Shown here: piece after piece, positions 35,798 to 48,607 of the stretch | Layout: the number at the start of each line of letters is the position of its first letter | Position numbering within the stretch: position 1 is the first letter of the stretch | Assembly: GCA_011109175.1 (NCBI GenBank) | Contig: RDEW01000030.1 | Location: forward strand, 118,094 to 182,093 | DNA: 64,000 bases | Source of the DNA: Dicyema japonicum | Lineage: Eukaryota; Animalia; Dicyemida | Direction of reading: 5' to 3' | Notes under the pieces: model-generated | The model's database searches: none | What the model saw: the letters and a program-made list of their open reading frames with translations, nothing else | Told to the model about the DNA's origin: nothing | Translations under genes and position numbers: made by a program

Positions 35798-36672
35798 CAA
35801 ATTGTGTCTTTTCTTAAATTTTTCAAGCCAACCATTTGATTGTTCTTACCCAACGATCTCACATGTTGTCCTGGTCGTCGGCATTTTTAGATTTCTTTTG
35901 ATATTTCTTTTTACCAGGTCTTTTTGTATAATTATTGTCTTAAATGACAAATTGTGTCTTTTCTTAAATTTTTCAAGCCAACCATTTGATTGTTCTTACC
36001 CAACGATCTCACATGTTGTCCTGGTAGTCGGCATTTTTTAGATTTCTTTTGATATTTCTTTTTACCAGGTCTTTTTGTATAATTATTGTCTTAAATGACA
36101 AATTGTGTCTTTTCTTAAATTTTTTCAAGCCAACCATTTGATTGTTCTTACCCAACGATCTCACATGTTGTCCTGGTCGTCGGCATTTTTTAGATTTCTT
36201 TTGATATTTCTTTTACCAGGTCTTTTTGTATAATTATTGTCTTAAATGACAAATTGTGTCTTTTCTTAAATTTTTCAAGCCAACCATTTGATTGTTCTTA
36301 CCCAACGATCTCACATGTTGTCCTGGTAGTCGCATTTTTAGATTTCTTTGATATTTCTTTTTACCAGGTCTTTTTGTATAATTATTGTCTAAATAACAAA
36401 TTGTGTCTTTTCTTAAATTTTTCAAGCCAACCATTTGATTGTTCTTTACCCAACGATCTCACATGTTGTCCTGGTAGTCGGCATTTTTTTAGATTTCTTT
36501 GATATTTTTTTACCAGGTCTTTTTGTATAATTATTGTCTTAAATGACAAATTGTGTCTTTTCTTAAATTTTTCAAGCCAACCATTTGATTGTTCTTACCC
36601 AACGATCTCACATGTTGTCCTGTAGTCGGCATTTTTAGATTTCTTTTGATATTTCTTTTTACCAGGTCTTTT
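35798..36672. repeat. Tandem array of ~5.8 x ~150 bp with a chimeric RTE/Tigger unit
   Basis: The attgtgtc anchor recurs at 35801, 35951, 36102, 36253, 36400 and 36550. The minus strand encodes SNGWLEKFKKRHNLSF in one half; the other half matches the RTE 3' segment at 41755-41830. Confidence 0.9.
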
Positions 36673-36964
36673 TGGCTACTTGCGTATATATTCGTACTTC
36701 CTGCCTTGCTTCATCGACTTCATAGACGAAAAATTCGACAAATCCTCTGGAGTTGCTTCCTATGGTTATTTACATCTCATATTTATGAAAAATTGCATTT
36801 GTTTCAATGTCTCGTGTATCGAATTGTTGTAATCAAAAACAATTTTTGAAATGAAGAACATTACTCCCAAGCTCTTTACTAGAAGCTTAGTCCTTAAACA
36901 TGTCGGTTGTGTCGGATGACCAAGAAGAGTTAGAGAGTTATTTCCCTCAACTAACCATTGGCTA

Positions 36965-37950
36965 GACCAGGGGTGTCAAACTCATTTTGCTTCGAGGCCC
37001 GCATTTTTAATAATTTTTCATCAAGAAAGATTATTATTTTATTTTAATGAAAAACCAGAAATAAGGAAAAACCATGTGATCACCAAGTGATCACCATCTT
37101 CTAATTTTGCTTAGAGTAACTTCCGGAGGATTGACATCTTTTTTCTGATACAATTTTTGATATGTAGGGCGCAACTATTCGATTAGTCCCGGCTTTTATT
37201 AAAGCCGATAAATTTTTATCATTGAATCTTTTTCTTTGAACAGTTTTTGTTAATTTGATATATAAAAAAGTTTTTCACACACATATGTCGAACCAACATA
37301 GCAATTATTTTCGTGCTAAAGTTTTTACATTTCAGGAAGACGTGAAAATAAAGCAGGTATTCCAACCTCCAAATATTTAGCCTTTAGTATTGAATCCGAT
37401 CGGATATCCAACAATTCCATTTGTAAACTTTTGTCTGCATTGGAAGCATTAAAAGCGAATGGTGCTGTAAATAATGAAAATTTTTGTTCAAAAGACGAGA
37501 AATTATTAAGTCTTTTATGATATTCCTTTAACGACAAATCCAGCTATCCTTCATATTTGAAAAAATTCATTACAGTATGTGCACCAACAGTGCTTCTCAG
37601 TTTTTTACATATACAGAAATGAACTAAATCTTTATTTGATATCTGATACTTTCACTTTTCTCGAATAGTTCTATTTGTTGTGCATCCTTCAGCTGTTTTA
37701 TATTAAAGTCCGTTGTCTCTAACCGATATTTTCCGTCTAGTAATCCTACGATTGTGCCATATGAATTTTTTTTGCATTCAAAACCTGTAGGATTCCCGCT
37801 CTCCTCAAACATTTGTTGCCTTTGTGTTGCAGGTGGTTATAAAATACAACATAATTCAATCCTCTCCCAAGAAAATCTCGCTGTAAATACAATCTTTCTT
37901 TATTTGCAGGTTTACAGTGAATCCGACCATTTATAAGTATACTACGTATA
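36965..37950 (-). mobile_element. hAT transposon remnant (GTF2IRD2/SPIN-like)
   Basis: TIR-like caggggtgtcaaactc at ~36967; FTAPF..LQMELLDIRSDSILKAKY and TYVCEKLF motifs. Confidence 0.7.
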
Positions 37951-38229
37951 CATCAGAGTTAACGGAAAATCTTTGCCCTGAGCTTTTTTTTCTCTCGAAA
38001 GAATCATTCATAGTGGAGTTTTAAATGACTCTCGAGATAGCACTGAGGGATCTTTCGGTAAGATTTCGAATTTGTTGATATGACTTTCCAACTTTATAAA
38101 AGCAATAATTTTTCTTTTTTTCTTGGTATGTAAGTTGTAGAACCATGTAACAAGAAACAACACGTGTAATAAAATAAAAATGGGTTCAAAAACTTTGGGA
38201 AAAATAGAGAATTTTTTTTATAACGATGA

Positions 38230-38340
38230 GCCGGGTAGCATAGTGGTCAAGTGTCGGGCTAAAGTGACTTAAGTTACGGGTTCGATTCTCTCTGCTGATC
38301 GTCTGGCGCAAGGTTTCCACGCATCTCGATGCTAACCATT
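38230..38340 (+). mobile_element. tRNA-derived SINE 5' half
   Basis: gccgggTAGCATAGTGG..GGTTCGATTCT..ccacgcatctcgatgct aligns with 22035-22137. Confidence 0.8.
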
Positions 38341-38830
38341 ATTCAGGTGATCCTGGCATCTCTCAATAATTGGGCCATTTTTTCTCGATGCTCCGACCGT
38401 GATCCCACACATTTTCAATTAGAGGCTAGTGATGTCAGGAGCTTTATAGAAGACAGTGGATCTGTAGTTACATTTACATCGAATTTCAATTTTCATTACT
38501 TTCGGCACCATTAACCTCTGATGTTCTCAAAAAAAACTTTCAGATGGAACTATTAGAAATGCAGTCTGATTCTACTCAGAGCAAAAGACCTGAGTTGATA
38601 CCTGGCTTCTATAATACCTTCCTGAAAACTTTAAAACCACAGAAAGTTTTTAACAGGGATTATGGTGCTTGTGAACAGTTGTGTTCCTTTCATGAAATCA
38701 ACGAATCTTTTCAGAGAACAAGGCTGACTGATGAACACTAGTCATCCCTGATCAAGATTGGAACTGTTAATAAATTTCACTGATAAGTGGCTTTGAGACG
38801 TCACAAGATAACGAACCCATCAATTAACGT
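38340..38830 (+). mobile_element. hAT transposase C-terminal remnant (GTF2IRD2-like)
   Basis: FQMELLEMQSD, CEQL and RTRLTDEH (hAT dimerisation domain). Confidence 0.6.
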
Positions 38831-39316
38831 CTACTCATATTGACTACTAAATGCCTGTAGGCCATAATGAGACCTCATTCTGATTAAAGTTAGACCATAA
38901 TTAAGATTAATTTCCTTTAAATTCCTTGCATGTCGTCAGGGGAATTGCGTTCTCAATTATGAGAGCAGCCAGGAGTTGTTAACTGTTAGTCTTTGTGTTA
39001 AATAAAATTGTTTATTTGGAAAAAGATTCATTTAAATTAATGTTATTAATTATGATTGGGATGACAACATTCCCTTTTGCTAATGGTTGAAACCTAGTTT
39101 ATAATTTTTAACCTGCTGATCTTTCTCCCCAATGCTTGACCACGCTTGAATCGAAAACAACGGTTCCGGTTTCATCGGTCTGTGTGCTCACAAAACAAGT
39201 CGTTTCTCCTATTCAAGACTAGAAGCCTCAATAATAATAATAACAGCCTTTTTCACAAAACAATGGTATTAGCTCGCATAGGCAAGACACACACTTTATT
39301 TAAGTAAAGAACAGTT

Positions 39317-39546
39317 AATTTTAACTAATCGTAGAACCAAGGAATGATCTTCACTTCTATTTTATTTATGTGTGGGTCCTTTCTAGACAATCCAGTTCCG
39401 CAGTGAGAGTCCACTGATGACGGCGTAACTCGTCAAGCCATTTTAGCATCGTAGATGCGTGGAACCTTCCACCAGGTGAACAGCAGCGAGAATCGAACCC
39501 GTAACCTAATTCACTTTAGCCAGACACCTAACCACATGCCACCCTC
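39317..39546 (-). mobile_element. tRNA-derived SINE, full length
   Basis: The reverse strand has TGGCATGTGG, GGTTCGATTCT and the same body and 3' end as 22035-22365. Confidence 0.85.
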
Positions 39547-39629
39547 AAATACACGTAAATTGGAAAAAAACCCACCTCTCTTCAAAATCTATTAAATGAT
39601 GAATCTTTAAATGTATTAATTTAATATTT

Positions 39630-40560
39630 ATTTAATTATTTTTAAAAATTGTTTTTACAATATGGCGAACCTTTTAATACATTTGTATATCAATTAACGT
39701 GCAGTTGCCACGTTCTTGTGGTTGGTTGTGTGGTTTTCTATTTTATTGTATTTTCTGTCGTATTATCATACATTTTATTCAATATTATATATATTATTGA
39801 ATTCATCATATAGTGTTGAACCCTGTTATCGAAATGTCTATTATATATATATTTTTTGGTAACCTATAAATATGGATTGCTCCCCACTATTTGATTTTTT
39901 CTGTATTTACTGTGATCAGTTTTTCTTTTTTTACCTTATTTGTGAAAAATTTTATATTTTTAATGGAAGATATAACAAAGAAGTAAGTGACTCTTTCTTT
40001 TCTCTGTTTAAAGCCAAAAGTATCGTCATTTATTCCGACAAACGACTTTCGTGGAGTCCTTTTTATATAAAGAGCAGTTTCATCACAATTAAAAAAATTT
40101 TGTCTTCCATATTGAATAATTTTCTCGTCAAGAATTTTAAAAAATTCATTGATGTCAGTCAAGTCACATGAATTTTTTTTCCACAAATTGATTTAAATTT
40201 CAGTTCATCTGTCAAGCCAGCCGGTTGAAGCTTTGAAAGTATCAGATCCAATTTTTGAAGCCGTATATAAGGCAATTTACTTTATGAAAGTACCTGATAT
40301 TGGAACCTTATCTTCGCATTGTTTCTGAAATATTTCAAAAACTTGATCATCGAATTTAGATTTCTCACAATAAGGCATAGGATCCTCATCCGTGTTTACA
40401 GTTCCTTGTTCAAGAAAAGGTACAATTGTTTTTTTTATTCGCGAAATCATGCCTTTACCAGTTTTGTATTTTTTAATTATCTGCCTTTCAGATAATATGT
40501 TCTTCAATATCAATTTAGCAATCGTTAATTTTGTTTCGTAGTTGATAACCATTCACAACA
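39630..40560 (-). mobile_element. Tigger/pogo transposase remnant
   Basis: FFNCDETALYIKRTPRKSF..GFKQRKERVT; N-terminal helix-turn-helix-like segment at 40277-40552. Confidence 0.75.
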
Positions 40561-40999
40561 AAAATGTAAATAAACGTGTAAATTAAAATTATATATATTT
40601 ATTAATAAATATTATTTTATTTACTTATAATTCATTCTCCACAATTTTTATAGTGCCCCAAAATCCGAGAATGCCCACCCCTGGGGTCTGCGACAATTCG
40701 GGTCGGACTGTATATATTCATTGGTAACCTATAAATATGGATTATTCTCCACTATTCGATTTTTTCAGTTTTTACTGTGATCAGTTTTTCTTTTTTTACT
40801 TTATATGTGAAAAAAATTATATTTATAATGGAAAATGTGTTATTTTTATGAATATCGAAATTTTATTGAAATCTTTTATGAAAAACAGTGTTTATGTCGC
40901 TACCCATTACATTTCGGCTATATGTCATTTTCCTAGCACAGGTCATTCAATCATATTAATTTTTCTAATGTGTAGTATGGTTGGCTAGCTGCCTATTTT

Positions 41000-41640
41000 C
41001 AGCTTGTTTCTACTTGTCAACTTCTTACACGCAATCTCCGTTTTATTTTGTTTAATGGTCTTATTTGTTCATATTCGAAAATATTTCTGATAAACCCCTT
41101 AAATTGAAACAGAATGACGAAAATTTTATGTTTCTTTGACAACATTGAAGATAACTCTCAATTATTCGACATAATTTGAGTATTTCTCTTGGTTCTGTAT
41201 ATAGATATTCAAATATGCCCAACATAGCAAGGATTAGTCCCATGTTTTTTTTAAAACTTGTATCTTGAAATATTCACTAAAATACCGAATTTCCAATTGA
41301 AAAATCAATTTTTTCTAATCACTGTTCGTTGGATGATGAAAATCTTTTCTTGCAAATCCTTTGAAAAGTTATCTTCAATGTGCTGAATCAGTTCCGGACC
41401 GCTGTCCACATGTATTGGGTAGATTCATCTTGCAAAGGTCTCTGATTCTGCTTTTCCAATCACTACTTTGAGATGATTTCTCCATTCGGTCATATTTTGT
41501 GATATGATGACAACGATTCTTTGCTATCTTCGATTGTGCAATTTCTCATTGATTATAAGAAAATGGGTTGACTGTTTAATCAGCATATTCTTATTTTGAC
41601 GATTTTAAAAAGTAACATATTATTCGGCCATCATACTCAT
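41000..41640 (-). mobile_element. Possible degenerate rve-type integrase fragment
   Basis: IHVDSGPEL resembles the LHTDNGSEF catalytic segment; heavily decayed. Confidence 0.3.
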
Positions 41641-41649
41641 AAGTTATGA

Positions 41650-41900
41650 ATTATTATTATTTAAGCACTTCACGAGAGCCATACTAATTATAGCACTGCA
41701 TGTCCAGCAAAAGAAACAAGGTTAGATGTCATCCTTTTCCATGCTCCCCTGTTCCTAGCCAATGCTCTCATGCTGTCCAGGTCGTCGGCATTTATTAGAT
41801 TTTTTTGATACTGACCAGGTCTTTTTGTAAGACGGGGAAGACCAAGAACAACACTGCAAATTATGAATGAACATATTATAATTATAGACAATTGAATCGA
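41650..41900 (-). mobile_element. RTE-like LINE 3' end with (TAA)n tail
   Basis: DDLDSMRALARNRGAWKRM followed by tatggctctcgtgaagtgcttaaataataataa. The same tail occurs at 16487-16519 and 22418-22445. Confidence 0.7.
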
Positions 41901-44900
41901 GGCTCGTAGACCATTCGTGATTTCCTTTTACAAATAGTCTTTTTTGTAACCAACGCGTTAACGTTTGGTTACACCTTTCAACTTGACCTGTGATTGAGGG
42001 TGCCTTGGGCCACTAAACTTCTGTAAAACGTTGCATTCTTGGCATAATGAAGTAACTATTTCATTTTTAAATTTTTTCCGTTGTCTGATTGTAATATTTG
42101 AGGAGGTCCAAAATTATAAAAAATGTTTTTTAAAATAGAAGCAATTAGAAATGCTTCTTTTAATTAGTAGCTCGGGAAAAGCAAAATTTTGAATAAATAT
42201 CAATTACGTTAAAAATATATGCGAGACCATGATTTTCTTCAGACCATCGACTCAAATCTACCATATCCATTTGATAACGCTCTCTTGGAGCTTTCGCTTT
42301 AATGTTTATTAAAGGAATATGTGCTTTTAGCGGCTGACTTTGTGCACACGCCATACATTCAGCAGAAACTTTTCGGATGATAGATCTCTTAATAGTAAAA
42401 AAAATAGTTGTCAGAGTATTCTTTCATTTTGTTTACTCCATAATGCGTTTTCAAATGTAAAATCAGATTCATAGTTTCCAAATCATCTTGAGTAATTACA
42501 ATTTTTTGTTCCATCATTGGTTATTAGTCTAGAGCAGGGGTTCTCAACCTTTTTTTACTCGTCGACTTCTTGAATTTTTTTTCGACCCCCTAATATTTAA
42601 TCGACCCCTTAAAACTTTTTTATTTAGAACAGACAATTCTAAGTAAAATTAGTTAACTATCTAAAATAAATTCATTGTTAATAATCAAACAAAAAAAGTA
42701 TATACTCAATGTTAAGTTCATTATCTGGCTCTATTTGTATTATTTTAAAACGAATATCTCCTCAAATGAACACATCCAATCTGTTTCGTTCTTGATTTAC
42801 AATTCGATGTAGAATGCTAAATCCGCATTCAACATTTGGACATATTTTTGTCAAATATGCCGCAAATCCTTTATATTTTCCAACCATAGACATTGCACCA
42901 TCTGTGGCACAAGAAACCAAATTTTCATATGGAATCTTCTTTTCATCCAAAAATAATTTGACTACGGAAAAAATAGAAAATCCAGTCGTATCAGTTTCCA
43001 ACTATTTGACGAATAATAAATCTTCTGTAAGAAGAGCATGATCGTCAAATTATCTTAAAGGGTAACCTTTTAATAAGATTAACCTGACATTGCCCATTAG
43101 AATTGATTGGTTGTCACATATATGACTTTCGTCAATTTGAAGCGAAAAAATAGTATTTTTAAGCCTTTCACATAAAATATGTTCAACATTAGCAGACATT
43201 TCGTTAATCCTGCGGCGAATTGAATCATTGCTAATTGGCACGGATTTTAAAATTTCGTCAAGATTTAAACCCATCAGATCTGATAGAATCACTGATATAG
43301 ATGGTTTGATGAGATTTTCACCAGAAACATGGGAACTCTCATTTTTGGCAATAATCATTGTAATTTTATAAGATGCAATTAGTCTCCTAAATATAATTTA
43401 AAATGACAACAACTATTGATTCTTTCATACTATTTGTGAAAACAGTGTCAATCGTTTTTTGTTTACGAAAAGAATCTTTTAATTTTTCAAAATACTCTAA
43501 TGGTTTATCTTTTTTATCCGAGTGTATTCTCCTAAGATGATCCAACAATTTAGACGGTTTCATTGCATCATTTGATAATGACTTATTACACAGTAAGCAA
43601 TGGTTTAGTATCAAAAGAATTTTTTATAAATTTAAATATTCATTTTTATATTGACGAATTTTTATTGTAGAAGGACGACTCATACACGAACAAAAACAAT
43701 CATAGAAATTTTACAAATTTTAAAGAACAAAGGTTTACCACTTTAAAAATAAACTAACTTAATTTAAATAAAAAATTAAATATGTTAAATTTATTTTCGA
43801 CCCCCTTACGATCGATCTGGATTGATTTTAGACCCCTGGGGGTCAAATCGACCCCAGGTTGAGAACCGCTGAGTTAGACCATTTAAAGCTCAGTTGACAC
43901 ACGCGTAAACCCCTCTCTTGCAAATATAATCTCTGACTTAGAATCTGCAGCTATAGCCAGGGTGACCCGACGTTTTATAAAGGACTTGACTTTAGCTTTA
44001 AGAACCCAGTAGATGCTCGTTTATTTTGGAGATAATAAACACAAACTTGCTCAGATTACTTTTGTGCAAAAGCAGTTAATGAATTCAATATGGATAAACT
44101 GGATATAAAAGGTCTCCTCTAATGGACACATCCAATCTGTTTCGTTCTTTATTTACAATTCGATGTAGAATACTAAATCTGCATTCAACACAGTATGATG
44201 TCGGGAAATAGAGTAGCAATTGTGCTATTTCTGTCCACAATTTTGGATAACTCTCTTTTATTTTCATATTTTGCCAAAAAAATAACAGGTGATTGTGAAT
44301 CATTATAATATAGTTTTAATTCTGGATTGAATTTTTAACATAATTAATTCCTCTTGGGAACTCTCATTTTTGGAATAATCATTGCAATTTTATAGGATGC
44401 AATTAGTCCTCCTAAATATAATTTTAAATAATAACAACTATTCTTTCTTTTATTAGTATTTGTAAAAACAGTGTCAATAGTTTTTTTGTTTGCGAAGAGA
44501 ATCCTTTAATTCTTCAAAGTACTCTTATGGTTGATCTTTTTTATCCGAATGTTTTCTCCTAAGATGATCCAACAATTTGGACGGTTTCATTGCATCATTT
44601 AATAATGACTTATTACACAGTAAGCAATATGGTCTATTATAAAACGAATTTTTTATGAATCCAAATGCCAAATATTCATTTTTATATTGACGAATTTTTA
44701 ATTTAGAAGGACGACTCTTTCACGAACAAAAACAAGCATGGTAATTTTAAAAATTTTAAAGAACAAAGGTTTATCACTTTAAAAATAAACTAATCTCATT
44801 TAAATGAAAAAATTAAATTTATTAAATTTATTTTCGACCCCCAAGTATTTCATTTTTCACCCCCTTACGATCGATCTGGGTTTATTTTCGACCCCTGGGG

Positions 44901-45195
44901 GTCGAATCGACCCCAGGTTGAGAACCGCTGGTCTAGAGTCTTCTAGTAAGAAACATTTTGTCTTATTTAGAAATCGGGACTTCTTCATTCCAGTTAAACT
45001 TCCATCAATCTTATTGTTTTCCAAATAAGCAACAATATTTTTGTACTCTTCAATAGTTAGTACTAAATTTTTAAGTAGCATTTTTGATAAAACGGCAACA
45101 TCTGAATATCAAGGTTGATTCGTGTCAGAAAAATAAAATTTCAAGGTCAAAATGTAACACGATAGAATTTGTAACGCGGATGGCGCGCCACATTT
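41900..45195 (-). mobile_element. Ginger-like integrase transposon interrupted by a hAT insertion
   Basis: PRERYQMDMVDL..FNVIDIYSKF and GPRHPQSQVQVERCNQTL. The N-terminal ORF 44931-45081 continues across the TSD into 42526; TGT terminus at ~45193. Confidence 0.7.
42535..44930 (-). mobile_element. Compound Buster/ZBED5-type hAT element with perfect 8-bp TSD
   Basis: TIRs CAGGGGTTCTCAACC (42535) and GGTTGAGAACCGCTG (44930); GTCTAGAG on both sides (42527-42534, 44931-44938); an extra internal TIR ending at 43870; CLLCNKSLSNDAMKPSKLLDHLRRIH and LLLYFPTSYCVECRFS motifs. Confidence 0.9.
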
Positions 45196-45369
45196 ATTTT
45201 TTTAAACCAGTGGTTTTTAACTTGGATAATATCGTCCAAATTTGGCGATGAGCTTTATATTTTCGAGAGATGTCATCTATAATAAGAAATTATTTAAAAA
45301 AATAAAATATATTGTCACAGTATTATTAACTAATTCACAGATAGTTAGTTAAGTAATCCGGGTTTTTTA

Positions 45370-46250
45370 AGATCATTAAACTTGGGGTGACTTTTGACAT
45401 GCACATGCTATTCTCGTGATAGTCTTTAAAAGGCAAGCGAGGCTTTTGCAGTGCTCCTCCATAGTACCCAGTGTTTTTCTGTATCAACAATTATTTTATA
45501 GAGATCGCCTTATGATAATTTTCTAATGTTTTATGTCACGGTGTGGGGGTTTAGTATGTCATAAAGCAGAAAACTTAAGTAGGGTTTTGATAACTGTGGA
45601 TTGAAAGTCTTTACGTTAGTTTTTGCTAGATCTACTCTCCATGCGGTCATAGTTGATGCTTGGTTCGATATATCTTAGTATTAAGTTGAATGATTCTTGT
45701 AGTGTAACTTAAGTGCCTTTACGAAGTTTAGGTTTCATTTTTTATTTGTCTCCCAAAAGTGAAGGAATAAAAAGTCAGTCCCAATATTTTCACTTTTTAC
45801 CATTATATACTCAAGAACCTTACCAAAGTTATTGGTTTCTTGTTTATTATTTGTATAACCCTAGTAACAGTTTCTTGAAAGACATTGATCTTCTTTAGAT
45901 TCGTGCTGGACAGGTTTGTCCCAAATGCAGCACAGGCATAGCTGATTGTCGGTTGTATGTTGAGTATAGTGAGTTTAGAGTTGAGTTGAAGCAGCATTTG
46001 TAGTGTCCAAGGAGTGTTCTTACAAAGTTTATTTTTCGTTGGGAATGAAATAAAGTTGTTAAAACGTCTACTGAATGTCATGAGGGAGCCGAACGTAATT
46101 ACATCATCAGCTGCGAGAACCAGAGTATCATCACTGGAACGAAAGAGTTCACATCATTCAAGAAGAGGTCCAACAAAATGGATGAAAAAGGGAATCCTGT
46201 GGGAGCACGTTCGGACGAAAGTTAGTGACAGATTTCGTGGAAAGTTAAAG
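45370..46250 (-). mobile_element. LINE RT/C-terminal fragment
   Basis: LAADDVITF and IQPTISYACAAFG motifs. Confidence 0.55.
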
Positions 46251-46379
46251 TAATTAAAAGAAGTTACAGATGATTAAATGTAGCCTGTTCTTACGGTCAC
46301 AGAAGCGGAAATTTAATTATTAATTTTATAACTTAAAAAATTAAAATGATTAAAAAATAAATATTTTTGAGTAAGTTAG

Positions 46380-48607
46380 ATGTCAACTAGCATTCGTGTT
46401 TGTGTAAGCACATTAAATCAATGGGCACTCGACTTTATAGGGAACCACCAAAGAATTCGTCAAAGTAGGCTCTAAATATTTCCAAGGTTTAATTGACGCC
46501 AGCCAATGCCACTACAGATTGGGCCCAGACTTAGAAATTTGTGGAGCCAGTTGTTGTGACGAATTCAACCGCCCTGAGCTATATAGGAAGTCGTGGAAGG
46601 TTCTGGACAAACTACTAAGGGAATTCAGCAATTCTGAGACTGTCTACGACATAGGATTGTAAATTCGATGATTTTAAGGTGGACCAGTCCGCCTGGGAGG
46701 GAAAAATTACATCACTAGGGCTATTTGCCATAAAGGGTTATCTACTGAGACAATCTAGAAAAGTTAAATTTCTCATAGCAAAGTCTCCTTCGAATATTCT
46801 TGAAAGATGGTTCTCCCAGCCAACCAATGAAATACTTAATTTTGAATTGCCCCACAAGACCACAGTTTTATTTAAATTTTAAATATATTTTTTATTAATA
46901 AATTTATTTTTTAGGATTTTGTGACTTTTGGGATTCAGGATTTTTCAATTAACAATGTCCAGTTTTCTCATTACAAGTTGTGGTCTATACTATTATAGGA
47001 GTGGGAGTGTTTTGGTGATCTCTGACCCTATTTTGTTTACAGAGAGATTTACTGAGGAAAAAAGGAAATTGATAGAAACTCGGGTTCTGTCGTGTTTGAT
47101 ATTTAGACTGAAGAGATTATTTTGTGCGCAAATTTAATCGGCTGCGATGGAGCTGAAGTCTATTATGCTGGAAATTCGTCTATCTTGGCTAAAGGACTTG
47201 ATTTGTCAACTCAACTATTTTCTCTTAAGGATGTCGTTAGTGATTTAACATTATTTTTCATCAAGGAGTCCATAAGAGCTTGTTTGTCGCTTAATGAGAA
47301 TCAACCTGAAGGATCTGTAAATAATTTAACAGTCAATATTGAAGTTGATGAAGAACCAACCACAACGGCAAAAAATACTATTTTTGCAGAAGTTCAGCCT
47401 CCAATTTATTAGTAAAATAATTTTATATAATATCATATTTATATTTTAATATTATTTAGTTTTGTATATTCTGCTGTTTGCTGGCTTTGGGATTATTTGA
47501 GGAGATCTGGCGCTAAGGGATTATTTCTTCCATTAAGCGGAGGAGCTGACAGTGCCTGTGTTGCCCTTTTAGTATCTCTCATACCACGTATGCTAAAGGC
47601 GCAGTCAGGTAGTATTTTGTATAATTGTAGTACCTAGTGATTCGTTCACCATTAAAACATGTTATTTTAAGTCATCCCTTAACAGTTCCGATGAGTCCCT
47701 TAACAGAGCCAACAACCTCGCCTGCGAAATTGACTCGTATTGGTTAACAGTAAATCATAGTGTTCACTCTGTACATGAGATTGACAATGTCGTTGCCTCT
47801 GTTTTGGACTCATTTGGTTCTAGTGGGTCTTTAAGAGGCTCTTTTAATGGGTTGCCCATGGAAAACTTGCAGGTACTGTGATTTCTGAGTAAAGGCGAGA
47901 ACGAGAATGATTATGTCATATTTTGCTGCAGCATCTCAAGACTTACCACTTTTGGTGCTGGGAACTGGAAATGCTGATGAAAGGTAATTTAATTTACGAA
48001 TAAAAATAATTTATGTTTCAAATAAAATATTTTAATTTTTAAATTTTAGTGCTGTAGGCTATTTTACAAAATATGACTGTTCGAGCGCTGATATTAACCT
48101 AATTGGTGATATTGGCAAGAGGGAGGTTCGTCAAATACTGACTTGGTACAGAGATGGTGTTGCAGATACATCCACATTCGTAGATGTCATCAACAGTAAT
48201 TTTTGGCTAATTAATCAAGAATTTTAAATGCAGTTCCCAGTGCAGAACTATCTGCGGTCGTTGAAGGAGTGCAAGCACAAACAGACGAAGTTTTTGTCCT
48301 GTAATGTTTAGGATGATCTTGGGATTACTTATGAGGACATTGGGAACTTTCGACAAAGGTTTTGTAATAAAATGTTAGTTTATTGCCTCATTTAATAGGG
48401 AAGGATTGGACGAAATCTCTGATAGTGAGCCAGGTTGTTGTTTGTTGTATGTTTCAGAAAAGATCGCAGATTGAGAGATTTTACAATTTATATGCTAAGA
48501 ATATGCATAAAAGTGTTGTTTTACCGCCTTTCCTGCGATTCTTTTCTCCACATTCGTCTCCAACTCGACTTTTGCTTTTTGACTGTAATTGGCCCCACGT
48601 CGATTAA
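46380..48607 (+). CDS. NADSYN1: NAD(+) synthetase (nitrilase-fold + synthetase domains)
   Basis: About 15 introns of 20-66 nt. Gives [96 protein letters not shown] and QTDEDDLG. Two junctions (46655-46682 and ~48196-48233) are ambiguous. Confidence 0.9.

Noticed and set aside
35798-36672. CRISPR-like regular array
   Set aside because: Whole units repeat with no unique spacers, the context is eukaryotic, and there are no cas genes.
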